This document shows positions 36,793 to 50,559 of a stretch of DNA of 64,000 nucleotides, piece after piece. The stretch lies in NCBI GenBank assembly GCA_964016885.1, contig OZ024740.1, positions 163,928,001-163,992,000 of the forward strand. Direction: 5' to 3'. The DNA comes from Eledone cirrhosa (Eukaryota). The notes beneath the pieces were generated by a model. The model saw nothing but the letters and a program-made list of their open reading frames with translations. It was not told the origin of the DNA and searched no databases. The translations under genes were made by a program, and so were the position numbers. The first letter of the stretch is position 1, and each line of letters starts with the position of its first letter.

Positions 36793-38316
36793 CTTAATAA
36801 AAGGAATTCCAACTTTGTCTGATTTACTCGTTTATTTACAATCCTTTAAAATTATAATGGTATTAGAATGAAATAGTATGGTAGAATATTAAATGTTAAG
36901 TGTTAATTGAACAAGTACTTTCATGCTTTCGCAATCTTCAGGTTCATATTCTGTGGTGACAGTCAAGTTTGCAATTTTCAACTGTAATGAGATGGGTAAA
37001 TTTTGTGCCTTATATACAGTGAAAAGCGGCTACAGAATGCTAATTTTGCAAACTGTATTTCGACCAATCGGTGTGTAGTTTCACTGGATTACTGAAGTTG
37101 ATTGGTTTAGGCGTCACGGTTGGTTGAGCATGTCTAACGACTTCTATTTGGCCCTATCCAAAGCATCAATTGTTTTGCTATTTTTAGAAATGATGAAAAT
37201 AGTATTTTCTAGGGTTTTTAAACCCTTAAGAATTATTATTGTTCATTTAGCTTGGGTTGGAATTTATCAATAAAATTCTTTTCTTTGATTTTTCTCTTGA
37301 TTTCACTTGGGCTGTGTAATTTGTAGAATGGAAATATTATAAATATTTTCTGACCACATGTTGCTAGATGGTTACTCAGGGGTATCTGACGGACATTTGG
37401 GTCTCTGATTTGCTGTCGGTGCACCCGTGCACGTTCCGATAGTGCATTTCCAGTTTGACCGACATATAGTTCTTCACAATTCGGACATTTAATGCAGTAA
37501 ATTAGATTTCTGCTTTTGCAGTTCATATTTGCATTTGGGAATATTTTTCCAGCTTTTGTGTTCATATACATTGACCGGTGTGTATGGATTGACATGTGCC
37601 ATATCGACTATCATTGCATTTAGATACAGTGAATGATTGGTCTTTGTTGTTAAGGTCAAACTTTGCTTTTGTTAGTAATTGCTTCAAATTTTTTGGCTGT
37701 CTTTTACTAAGAGTCAAAGATCGGTCTGTGATTAAGCCTTTTAATTCATTACTTTGAGCAATGATCGGGAGGTTTGCTTTGGCAGTGTTGAAGATATTCT
37801 GGTGACATGGGTTGTGTGTCATTATAAATGGTATGACCAGTTCTTGGTTTCTTCTTCCTTGGGTTGTCCTAAGTTGTTGTATAGGTATTTTTATCGGCCG
37901 CTGTATGCCATTTTCTATAAGTAGAAATGGGTATTTTTGTTTGAGCAAAAATTCTCTCAGTTCTGTTAGGCGTTTGTTTCTGGTATTCGTATCTTCTACA
38001 ATGGTACAAATTCTTCTGGCTAGGCAGTATGGGATGTTGCGTTTTGTATGAGGGGGATGACACGACTTAAAATTCAGATATTGATGGGTGTCTGTGTGTT
38101 TATAATATATATCCGTGGTAATGGTGGTGTCGTTTTTGATTACCATTATATCTAGGAATGGTAATTTGGTACTACTCATCTCTTTTGTGAATTGGAGAGA
38201 TGGGTGTAAGTTATTCAGGAGGATATTGAACTCATCCAGAGTATCTAGAGATTCTTTCCAGTCGTCAAGGTATCTCTTCCAAGACTTTTCAATGTCCTTT
38301 CTAAAGTCAGTGCTAT
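36793..38316 (-). mobile_element. 5'-truncated Penelope-like element (RT C-terminus + GIY-YIG endonuclease)
   Basis: W.RYLDD, LPFLD and YYK.T motifs; NLIYCIKCPNCEELYVGQTG...ER..H GIY-YIG; Cys-rich linker. Frameshift near 37580. (TA)n at both ends. Confidence 0.88.
36908..36946 (-). ncRNA. Minimal type I hammerhead ribozyme in the Penelope 3' region
   Basis: UGAAC CUGAAGA U UGC-GAAA-GCA U GAAA GUAC UU GUUCA: 5-bp stem I, GNRA-capped stem II, palindromic stem III AGUACU. Same strand as the Penelope ORF. Confidence 0.75.
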
Positions 38317-38327
38317 GTATATATATG

Positions 38328-38378
<51 letters not shown>

Positions 38379-38383
38379 ATATA

Positions 38384-38506
<123 letters not shown>

Positions 38507-39299
38507 GTGTGTGCATGTGTGTGTATCTGTGTGCGTGCATATGTGTGTTTGTATGTATATATATACATATATATAGAGTCACATTACATCTTTCATGCAG
38601 TTGTATGAATTATCATTATTTATATACAGATATACACATGTCTTTGTGTGCATGTGTGTATGTGTATGCATACGTGTATGTATGTGTGTAAATACATCTG
38701 TGTTATTACGTGTAATTGTATACTTAAATATTGCCTTGCTCAAGTTTGCTCAACCGGATAATAATAGACTTCACCCGCGCGTGCACACACACACAAACAT
38801 ATTTATATGTGTTTGTGTGCGCGCAGTCAGGTTTATGAGTGTATATTTATGTCTATATATGTATATAAGATTCCATTGGGTGTAATCCCTAAACGTAAAT
38901 AATAATTTATTATTTTCTTTTTTTAATCAAATATTAGAAAATTACAGCCTTGAAAAAGAAAACGGAATAGAAAAGCATCATCCATTCCCTCATCCTTTCC
39001 AATTTAAAAGGATTTATATAGAAAACAACTAAATAAACGAAGTTCATTTAAAAGAAATTTATGCTTTTCTTATCTCAGTCATTCCGGAAACCTTCATGTC
39101 ATTCCTAGGCAAGAAGTCCTCCTTGAATAGAATTTATGGAAGGAATAAAAATCAAAACATCGTCTAGAAAGAAATCTGTAAATCTAAGTTAACCCTTTCC
39201 CACCTCACACACAACACTGGTTGAAATTGTAATGGTGCTGCTGATGATGTTAATGAGGATGATGATGACGAGGATAATAATAATAATAATAACAACAAC

Positions 39300-39340
<41 letters not shown>

Positions 39341-41759
39341 GAAGAAGAAGAAGAAGAAGAATGTAAATAAAATAATGATCGTCGGTAAAAGAGTAAATTA
39401 AAAATGAAATAAAATTTAATCGCAAATAAAAAAGAAAACTCGAATAAAAATGTGACTGAATGAAAAAGTGTAATAAAATAAATGAAATTGTATTATATAA
39501 CCAGTAAGCTGGTGTGTCACCAAGTAATTAAGAAGAAACGTAGAAAAGATTAATAAAACTTCCCAAATAGTGCAACATCATTGAAAATTAAAACTCGTCT
39601 CCTAATCTGGCCGACCGGTCGTATTTTAACGAATCAAATGCAACCAGCAATCTTTTGCAATGAAGGTAATAAAAGAAGAACGCAGTGATTTCATATATCT
39701 AAGAGTGAAGATATGTCATTAAGGAGAAGCGCTCATAAAAATCAATGAAGGAAATAAATAAAAAAGAAGAATATGATAGGGTGGGTAAATTGAAGGTGAA
39801 TAGCTAAAGAATAATTGGACCAGAAGATGCAAAACGATGCTTTTTATTTTACTTGTGCATTTTTGGCGCCAGTAATTGGCCGTAAACCTCAAAGATTATC
39901 GTCTTCTTTATCGTCTGCTTCATCTGACGAGACTTTCGGTGCTGTGTCAGCAGATAATTGAGAAACCTTATTAACTTCCCGTATACTCACTTTCATCATA
40001 AATGTTTTTGAGACTGACTTTACAGAAGCTTAAGTAAGAAAACGAGACAGCCGTCTATTTTTGACATCGTGTGCAGGTTCAAACCTATTGACTTTACATT
40101 TCCTGATATATTTAATACAGAAAGTTCATAGTATTGGGTTTCTTTTTTATTTATTTATTAGAAAGGAATATTTTCTAACTTAGGAAGTAAAAGGAAATGG
40201 GAAGTTTGATATTTATACTATTTACAAGGGCATTAGCAGCATTAATATATATTAAAATGGTGTCAGAGGGGATCGAAGTTGTCTAGTCTACAGTACTTAG
40301 AATATTGAGATTATCGATTTTGCTGAATGGTAAATCCAAATATGCATAGTCATATTATCTGTTATACTCAATATACAAATAACAATAACCTTAATATAGG
40401 TGGGGTCGATAGATAAACAGTTCGTAAGCTGTTATATCCATGAGATTACCAACTTTTATCCTGTCACTGTAGACATAACTCTCAAATAGCAAAGGCCACG
40501 GTAAAATTGATACGTATTTTAGGCCATTTGCTGTACTGCATTCGACTGGACTTGCTTCAGAATCCCCAAAACAACTTGGTTCATCTTCTCATTAGATACA
40601 AATTTTGGCTCTGATTATTAACTGCTAGCGATAGTCGGTATAAGCGGCCAACACAGTTATAATCATCAAACGCAAGTATGCACCGACTGTAAAATGTTCT
40701 ACGGCAACATAAAGCGCATATCCTAGAACAAAATATTTAGAATAGGGTATTTAGTACTATCTTCTTTAGTATAGTAGATTTAATTTATCCAATACAAACA
40801 CATTAGTATAAAATTCAGCTAGGCAGAGACATGTAATATCCAGAACAACAGATCTGTGGGTCATACCTAGTCGTTTGTTCGACTACCCGTGTAAATAGAT
40901 CTGCTTAACCAGAGGTGATCTAATTCTCATAACATTGTTGCTGTAGTATTATGTCAGCTCCGACCAAGCAGACACATGATCAGAAGCTTTTCAGCCACGG
41001 CAATACCATTTATTTCATGCCTAGTATATCTCCGGGCTTCATTATCCAATACCTTCATTTTTTACAGGCGGCGAAGTGTCGTTTAATGAATATTTGACTG
41101 TTACTTCTAGCAGATGAAGCAACCATGTGGAGACTGCCAAATTGCCTATTATGAATGATTGATCCCATGTACTCGTGGGTGTATATGTGTGTATATGGGT
41201 ACATACATAGATACATACATACATAGATACTCAGATACACACATCTTTAGTTTCATCGCGAAAGTAAATACGGTGGTAACATCATGTTTCTTTCTCTGGG
41301 ATACACACGCACACACACACATAATGTATATAGACGACACACACACACATATATTCAGGTCTTATCTTCTCTCCCACCCTTTCTTAGATTGTAAATTCTT
41401 TAAAAAATGTTATCAGGCCTAGAAAAAAGGCGTCTTCAGCAAGAAGTAATAGCCAGGAAACACAAAGTTATGGATGTTTTTTGTCTTAAGTTTAACAGTA
41501 GAAAGACCCAATGTATTCTGCTACATCTATCTTTCTAGATTTGCTATCTGATGTTTGTGTTGTCAAACCAATTGAAAATACTGGAAAAAAGAACGATTGC
41601 ACACATGAATCAAGTGCTATAATCACATTACCAACGTTTTTGAAGATTTGCGCAATAACTTCATAGTAGGGAATTCTGAGAATTTAAAAATAAATTTGAA
41701 AACTCACCCAGAAGAAATGTCAACTCCTATAACCCAGGATATTGGTTAGATGAATTATC

Positions 41760-42440
41760 AGTGGTGGAAAAATATAATGAACGGGCCGCATCTTATTAAT
41801 ATACAAGTACAGTTTCCAAAAATAAGAAAATAAACGTAGTTTCTTTGCAGAAATGATGTATACGAAAATTAACAACGGTGAACATTTTCCAAGAAGGTGG
41901 CTTATTTATTCAGAGAGCGCTAATAAAATTTATTGCTTTTGTTGCAAAGTTTTGGATTTTCAAATAAGTCTTTTTGAAGAAACTTGAAATTAATGAGTAG
42001 AAGCATGCTCATGAATATTTAGAAGGACATGAACATTTTGCACACCATTTAGAATGTTTTAATAATTGGTTTGAGACATCACTGAGATTGTAGACTATTA
42101 AAACTATTGATAAAGAGACCTATTCATAAATAGAAAAAGAACAAGAGAGTGTAAAGTTTTGGGACATTTAATGAGCCTAACTTTGTATTTACTTAAACAC
42201 AATTTGGCTTTCAAAGGTACTTTAGACACATTATTAATGCCACGCAATGACAAATTTCCTGTCTCTTTAGCTCCTTGAAAAATGTTATATAGCAATGAAA
42301 CAACATTCATGAACGGTTGTGTTCAAAGAAACTAATACTCACTATTGTGGGGAAAATATTTAGAATGAAATAATCAAACTTTTGGGAAATGCTGCCCAGG
42401 AAAATATATTAAACCGAGCTAAAAAGCCAAATATTTTAGG
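41760..42440 (+). pseudogene. Decayed hAT transposase N-terminus (TTF-type zinc finger / DUF4371-like)
   Basis: Hand translation gives NGEHFPRRWLIYSESANKIYCFCCK...KH...L.GHE...H, YLLKHNLAFKG and HYCGENI*NEII, with multiple stops. Confidence 0.7.
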
Positions 42441-42527
42441 CTTATACAATGTTTAGGGAACATTTCAATAAAATGCATTTTTGTTAGCTATAAACCAGTT
42501 ATAAACTAAATACAGATGAAAACAAGT

Positions 42528-42840
42528 ATAGCTAAGTGGTTAAGAAGCTGGCTTCGAAATCATCAAGTCCTGGGTTCGATCTCATTGTATCTCGGGAAAG
42601 TCTTTATACCATAACTTCGGGTCAACCAACGCCTTGAAAGTAAAGTTGAGTCGATGGAAGCATTATGGAAGAACTTCGGGTAGATTATATCTATAATTCA
42701 AAAGGCCAGCATTGTCACACACTGTGTTATGCTGAATCTCTCTGAAAAATGTACGTTAAGGGTACACGTGCTATGTGAAATAATCACTTACACCCAGTTC
42801 TGATGATTGAAAGGGTGAATTCTCATCCTTGAAACCGACA
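42528..42840 (+). mobile_element. tRNA-derived SINE (CORE-like)
   Basis: A-box tagctaagtgg and B-box ggttcgatc. Homologous to 1275-1520. Confidence 0.6.
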
Positions 42841-42883
42841 AGCAAATGATCATATAAGAGAACAATTGAGATAGATAGATATA

Positions 42884-45800
42884 TTTCTTTTATTTGCCAC
42901 TAGGGCATCAAAAGTGGGACAAGTACAAAGGGGGGAGTTTACACAAAAAGGCGTCCTCAATAAGGAGGAGGCAATAACAAAATATAAAAATAAAATAAGA
43001 TATAACAAAAAATAAAATTTTTAACAAAATCCTCAATAGAGAGGAGGCGCCTTGGGGGGTCGCACACACCCCCGAAAAAAGTGTGCAACCCTTCTCCTCA
43101 GGAGCACAGAGAAGGGGTGCTCCCTTGGTCTTTCATCTTCCTCACCTATAGTCTGATGTAGAGTGAAGGCCCATTCACACGGGCCATTCTCGCCACTTTC
43201 ACCCATCTTTCATAGAAACGGCTGGGGTGCAGCACCTCTCTCTCCATCCTGATCCTTCTTCCGAAATGATATCGGAAGAAACGGACCAGTTGTTGGCCAG
43301 AGAGAAAGGTGCCCGACCTCAGTCCTTTCAGACGCGTCCACCATACAACCTCTTTCGCCATGGCTATTACGCACAGAAACACCGCCTCTGCTTCATCTTT
43401 GAAGGGGGGAGGCGGCTTGATCATTACAATAGACTCGGTGGTCAACCGGATCGGTCCCACCCTTGACAGCAGTTGTTCGACATAGCCCCACAGATCGGCT
43501 ACGCCCGAGCAGTGTACTAATGCGTGTGCAACGGTTTCCTCGTCGCACACGCATCTGGGACAGATCTTTTTGGCGGGGTCCCTACCCGGGCGCCCGTGTC
43601 TGTAGAGCCTTTCTCGAACGGGTAAAGCCCCTCGGTAGCACTGCCAGGCCAGGGACTTCTGGAAGTTGTCCATAGGTCCCGGGCTGAATGTCCTACCGAA
43701 CAGGCTGGCCAGTTCGTCCTCCTCCATGTCTAGGGCTTCTCCGAGGGCGTCGTCGCACCTGCTGCGTACCAGCCCTCTATAGAATGTTGCGGTGGAGTCT
43801 CCACTGATAACCGGATCCGCCTGCCAGAGGGCGGTGAGCGCCTGGGCACACTCAGTGTGCCAGGCGCCCAGTTTTCTCGGTCTTTGCTTGACCCAGGATT
43901 GCAGCTCGGTGAGTGAGACGAGTCTGGGAAAGGTTCGTCTCACAAACGAGGCCCACACCGGTTGTCCGGTGAGGAATACGTAGAGGTGCCGTAGCCTTAA
44001 TGCGTGTTTACGCATCATTAGCCACGGCATCCCCAGCCCTCCTTTCGAAGGGTGTTGACAGCAGATGGATCTCCTCACCATAGGAGCCCGCCTCTTCCAA
44101 AGGAATTGGAAGAGCGCGCGCTCCATCTTGGTGAGGGTTTCCCTTGGGCAGGGCACTACGGTCAGGCGGTAGTAGATGACGGACGCTATGTAGGTGTTCG
44201 CCACCTCCGCCCGACCTTTCAGGGATAGTTTGCAACTGGCCCACTTCTGGGTCAGTGCAAACACCCTGTTCGTAACCTCCGCCCAGTTTTTCTCCACCTG
44301 GAGGTCCGGTCCGAACCAGACCCCGAGCAACTTCACCGGGCCCTCCGTCCAGCGTCCGACGACGCTATCGGAGGGCATCGGTCTGCCCCTCCACGTGCCG
44401 AGTTGCAAACCGATCGACTTGTCCCGGTTCAGCTTAGCCCCTGTGAACTTTTCGTACTCCTCCAGTAAGGTGCCGACCGCCTCGATTTCGGAGGCCGTCG
44501 ACACCATTACTGTCACGTCATCGGCGTAGGCCGACACCGCTTTCCGCAATCCCGGTTCCAAAGGGATGCCCTGCAACAACTCCAACTTCCGCAGTAGTGG
44601 CTCGAGAGTCAACACATACAGAAGGGAGGAGAGAGGGCACCCTTGTCGGATGGACCGCGCGATTTTGAACGGCTCCGAGAGGTAGCCGTTCACCTTGACC
44701 CTAGAGCAGATGCGGCTGCTGTGCATAGCAGTGATCCAGCCCCTGAAAACGGGTCCGAAGCCTGCCGCCGCTAGCACCGCATCCAGGTAACCATGGTCGA
44801 CCCTATCGAACGCCTTAGATTGATCCAAGTTGATCAGAGCCCCACCAAAGCCGGGTTCGTTCCCAACCCTCTCTATGATGTATCGCATGAGGTGGAGGTT
44901 GTCATGGATGGACCTGGACGGGATAGCGCATGTCTGCGCATCTCCCACCAGGTTGCCCACGACAAGCGCCAACCTCTTTGCTAGCACCTTGGCCAAAATC
45001 TGTAACTCTGTATTTAGCAGTGTTATGGGCCTGAAGTTACTTATTTCGTCCCCCTTGTTCTCGTTCTTCCTCACTAGCGTGACTACGCCCTTGGTCACAG
45101 TACAGGGAATTCTCCCGTTCTGTTGCCAGTTGCAGTAGACCGCCTCGAGGAGATCGGGGAACAAGTCCGGCATAGCTAGATATAATTCGTAAGGAAGACC
45201 ATCGAGACCCGGGGATTTGCGTTTGCCGCATTGGCTCAGCACGTCCTCTATCTCAGCGGCCGAAATCGGCTCCTCGCAGGACTTCGCCTCCCTGTCCGAG
45301 AGGCGCGGCAGGCCGTCGAGGTATGGACCGAAGTCCACGTTCCCAACCGGCTCCCCGCCCCTCCCGAACAGTCGGGCAAAGTGCCTTTGAAAGGCCTCAC
45401 ACATCTGCTTAGGCTCAAGAATCGCCCGTCCATCCAGGTCTCGCAAAGACCGGATGGTGGATTTAGTTCCACTGTTGGCCTCTGTCACGCGGGCCCAGCT
45501 AACAGCTTTGGTCCCCTCGTTCCCTAGAGCACGTATTTTACTTCGGACAACGCAGCCTTCGTGCTTCGCGTCGAAAAACTGGCTCAAAGCCGTTCTCGAC
45601 GCTAGCACTCTGGCCACGTCGCCGCTTCTAATTGCCTCTTCTACTCTATCTATTAGCTCCCTTTCCTTCCTATTCCTATCCGCAGCTAGAACCTTACTAA
45701 ATTCTATCGAGACTACTCTAATCTCTCTCTTTAGAGATACCCACCACCTGCTGTTGACGATCGCTCCAGTCAACCGTTCCTTAACTAACGTACTAATCCG

Positions 45801-46820
45801 ATTCCTGTAGGCTCTACTTGCCGGCAAGGACAAGTTGAGCTTCCAGTAACCGGGGCCCTGTCTATGAGTTCTGTCAAGGTTGACCATGCAGGTCACTAAT
45901 TTGTGGTCTGAATAGCCAACAATGCGCATTTTTGGACAACTTAAAAAGTCCTTATCCTTAATTCTAACTAAGAACCTATCTAGGTACGACCTAGATGATC
46001 CGCTACGATTTGCCCAAGTCCAGGTTGGCGCAGTCGGAAAATCTAGTCGATATCTATCGGCCAGGTCAAATCGACCGATTAACCCTTTGAGGCTATTACA
46101 CCCCTCTCTATCGGGGCAGGCCCCTACGTAGTCCCAGCGTGCATCTAGGATACCATTCCAGTCCCCCACTAATAGCAAGGAGCGGGACGTCCCTAGAAAA
46201 GTCTCCAGACGATGGAAGAAGTCCGGCCGCATTGACCCGAAAGGGCCGTAGGCGGCTACCAACCTAAACGCTCCGCCTTTACCACTGCCAAGGTCCAGAA
46301 CCACTAGTCGACCCTCCGGGTCCAAATGTACCATCTGTGTTGCGAGACCCAGATGTTTTTGCAGCAGAACGACAACTCCACCCCCCACCTCCGGGCTGAC
46401 AGAGAGATGCGTGCATCTCAAAGTCATCAAAGGTGGGGGCCAGCTGTCGCACGTTGCTGATCCGGGCCTCGCAAATAACCATCACATCTATACGTTGTGA
46501 CCTGAGGTCATTTAGAAGCATTGCTTGCTTCCAAGTTGAGCCCAGGCCACGCGCATTTAAACAGCCTACTCTTAGCATAGCCATGTTGGTGGTGAAGAGA
46601 AAAGGCACTTACCTCTCTGCGTCCCGGGTATCGGGCTGCACAATTTCCATTAGGGTGGGGGATGGGTTGTTGGGTGGGGTGGTGGTTTGTGGAAGTGTGG
46701 GGGCATCAGTGTGTTGTGTGGTTGGGGAGCTTGGAGTTGTGAGGGTGTTTGGGGAGGGGGTGGGATAGTTTTTTAGGAGGACGCGGTTAATGGGCCCGAC
46801 GCAGGGGGGACCCACGTCCT
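42884..46820 (-). mobile_element. Tx1/L1-clade LINE copy 6 (subfamily C), 5'-truncated within ORF1, inserted in a short (GATA)n
   Basis: ORF1 tail 46609-46820, near-intact ORF2 and 3'UTR ending AAATAAAAGAAA. GATA repeats at 42870-42880 and 46821-46838. Confidence 0.92.
43146..46584 (-). pseudogene. LINE ORF2 APE-RT-CCHC, single frameshift near 46385
   Basis: ATG at 46584 (MAMLRVGCLNARGL). After a frameshift in the poly-Gly codon run, the frame continues as the 1094-aa ORF with GDWN, SDHK, QGCPLS, YADD and CPRC..H..C. Confidence 0.9.
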
Positions 46821-48269
46821 AGATAGATAGATAGATAGAGAATTAACAAGCTAGACTTAGCTATCAGTAACATTCGGAGTTATAATAAAGGTTTAAATAC
46901 GAAATGAAAGAATGAAGAAGTTCAGAGGTGGCTCAAGAAAGGCATTTTTTATGTCATGCAGCTATCGTGGTTTGAAATTAGTGGTTGATGAGGGTGCAAC
47001 AAGTTGACAGGTAGCCACTTCATGTCTTGGTGCTCTCCAGTTGTTTTCTACCTCTCCTGGACGATAACATTTACTGCAAAACACGTTATCCGCCACATTG
47101 TAAAACCTTTATGTCAGACTGAATGGAAATGGAAATTGAAATGTGTCAAAACTATTAAATATAACATCTTTGGAAGCCGAGAACCTCTTTATGAACTTAA
47201 AAAATACTTGCTTCTGACCCTGCATTATGACATAAAGCAGAGTCTTGTATCACAAAAGATTATAGTTTTCTAGTAATAATGAATATCTGGTCTTAGGCAA
47301 GTCTGTTTTTTTTTGTAGTTTCATTAATTTTTAGTGTAGCTAATTATTTCATGGATTGTTGTGAAAATGGACGCGAAAGAACATTAACATCATTTAAAAT
47401 GATTCACAATAGAATTACTGTATATACTCGAATATAATTCGATCCAAATATAAGCTGACTATTTTATGACTGAAAAATGGTAAAAAAATACAAACTCCGT
47501 TTATAAACCGAGGCAGCTAATCAACATATGTTTAGTCGGCGTGGTTTTAAAATGCTCATGAGTATAGAATATATACATTGTTAGATTCATCTACAGGAAT
47601 AATTTATAGGACGTCATTCTAAATCCGTGGATTGCGTTATGAATAATAATTACGGTAGCTATAACTGGTCACAAGAGAAAGAAGATTTAGTAAACTGAAG
47701 CTTATAAAGACATATTTACAGTCATTCATGACACTAGGTTAAATTCTTGGGTATTTTCTTCAGAAGAAAATGATGTTTAAAGAAAGATAGATATAGATTA
47801 TGCTGTAAAAATATCTGCTGATTTAAAGACGGGAAGAAAAATGTTTCAAGTAGGATAGTATATATTTCCCAGCATCTTATCGTTTGGTCATATTTTTTAG
47901 TTTATTAAAAAATAATTAAACCTATAAGGTATTAATCAGGAAATTTTTAAAAACAAAAATGTATCGAGATCATTGTCAGTATTGCAGATAGATACGATCT
48001 CTCTCTTCCTTTCAGCTCTCTTAATTTATATTATTGAACAGATATAAAGCTATGATACTGTATTTGAACTGTTCTCTTTAGCTTGTATAATGTAATATAC
48101 ACTTTATTTCTACGTACAAACACAAACATATCAAACTTGTAAAGGCGCCTACATGCAGGTTGCTCAGAACACGAGCAACCCTAGAGCCGGCCATAACACA
48201 CACACACACACATACATATATTCATACATGCATAAATACATAATACATACATACATAGCCACATACATT

Positions 48270-48301
<32 letters not shown>

Positions 48302-48352
48302 CATACATACATACATAAAATACATACATACATACATTCATACATACATACA

Positions 48353-48386
<34 letters not shown>

Positions 48387-49362
48387 CATACATTTATTTA
48401 CCGTTATTATCTTCCTATATACACATACATACGTATAGTCTTTTGGTTATTTATTTACATTAATACGAGGTTTTTAAAAATGAATATATATTATTTACAT
48501 ATTTTAGCTGATGTATTTATTTGTATAATGTTCACAACTGCGAAATTACTGAGAGATTTTGAATAAGGAAATTAAATTTGCGCCAGTTTTGAGCAATTAT
48601 TAACTATGTATGATTCATTTTGCTTATTTAACTTTTCCGCATTGAATTTGATATTTTAAGAAAATCGCATCGTTTTCGTTTTGTTTTCTTCTGCACATGC
48701 GCAGAAACATATGCATTTAATCAGTTTTCTCTTCTAACCCATTTTCTTTTTAAACTTCTGTAGATTTTGTCCATAAAAATATAAATAAATAAATATGCAG
48801 TTATATAAATATACTTTGTTGTTTTTTCTAAATACCGAGAAATTAAAATGGCTTCGAACGCAATAAATAAAATATTTACTGGATTCTTCTATTATAATTC
48901 CATTAAAACCCACACATACACTAGATGGTCCTGAAGCTCTTTCTTTGAAGTGGAAAAGAATGAAAAATTTCAATTATAGCTAGTTAAAAAATATAATAAC
49001 AAAATGTCCATTATAATTTTCTATATTTTTTTAAAGAGAACAATGTAAATAGTATTAATAATGAGATTTTTGACATTGACACAAAGACATAATACTTAGG
49101 GGAAGGTTGTAGTCGATTAAATCGACCTCAGTACTTGACTGGTACTTATTTTCCTGACGTCAGAAAGACGAACCTCGGTTGAATTAAAACAAAGAACGTA
49201 ACCGAACTGAAAGGAACTTTTTCAACACCCAACTGAGACTAACATCAACTACGAGTCACGAGATGAACCTTTATCTGGCTGCTCAACATGCTAAAAAAGT
49301 AGCCGAAATCCCTATAGATCACAATCTAGTGTCTTAAAAATAAAATGAAACGGTCTACGTAG

Positions 49363-49493
<131 letters not shown>

Positions 49494-49709
49494 AAGACAG
49501 GATGGTTTCACCTAGTATGCTGTCATACGTATATGCATATATATAAGTATATATATATATATTAGAAAAATAGAATAGCTTTCACCGTATTTTTGACTAA
49601 AAGAAATTTTAGCCTGATAATGGGGTTTAGAACCCTCAGATAAATTTCAAACCTGCTCACTGTTTCAAAACATACTTACTTGTCATATATATATATATGT
49701 ATATACATG

Positions 49710-49758
<49 letters not shown>

Positions 49759-50017
49759 CTATAAATTTATATAGAAAAGGCTTAGGCTTCTACAATTCCT
49801 GATGATTTCATACAAATGAAACAGTTCTACTCCTGTAGAACCTTTTTCTATATATATCTTTGCCGTCACTCTGCATTGAGTACCTTTTTTTACAGTGGTT
49901 ACTCCCGACAACTCAGGGTCAACAAATAAATATATATATGAATTTATAGTTTGGGAAGGTCGTGCTGCCAATAAATTTAAAGCCGATAAAATATATCCCA
50001 ATTATATAGTGTATTTA

Positions 50018-50181
50018 AGGCGGTGAATTAGCAAAGTATTCCTTCCAGCTCGCTTGGCTCTCTGATTTTAAATCTCGCCGAGGTCAACTTGCCTTTCACT
50101 CTTTCGAGGTCGTATAATTATAGTTCGGAGGTCGATAAAAAGTATTAATCCAGTACTGGAGTCAATTTCATCTCTATATCT

Positions 50182-50265
<84 letters not shown>

Positions 50266-50535
50266 CTCTTTGTCTGGAGGAAATTAGCTATGTTCAGACT
50301 TGGAGAATGATGGGCTTCACCATGTTTAACCTGCACATCGTACATCGTAAGACACTTCGGTAGCACTACGCTGAAACCAGGAATAATAGGCCCATACATA
50401 ATAATAATTCCTTCTACTTTTGGCGCAAAGCCAGCAATTACCCCAGTGTATTACTGGTACTTTATTTTATTGACCCCGTAAGGATGAAAGGTAAAGTTAA
50501 CCTCGGCGGGATTTGAACTCAGACCATAAAGGGCT
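50018..50535. mobile_element. Two Meta-like SINE fragments (50018-50165 +, 50405-50535 -)
   Basis: Share the core cctttca...ggtcgataaaa...gtaccag. Confidence 0.65.
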
Positions 50536-50559
50536 AATAATAATGTATAATAATAATGA

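Noticed and set aside
46566-46612. Short intron fusing ORF1 in frame to ORF2 via the pyrimidine-rich spacer
   Set aside because: It would be only ~42 nt in copy 6, and the required AG is absent in copy 1 (CGA codon).
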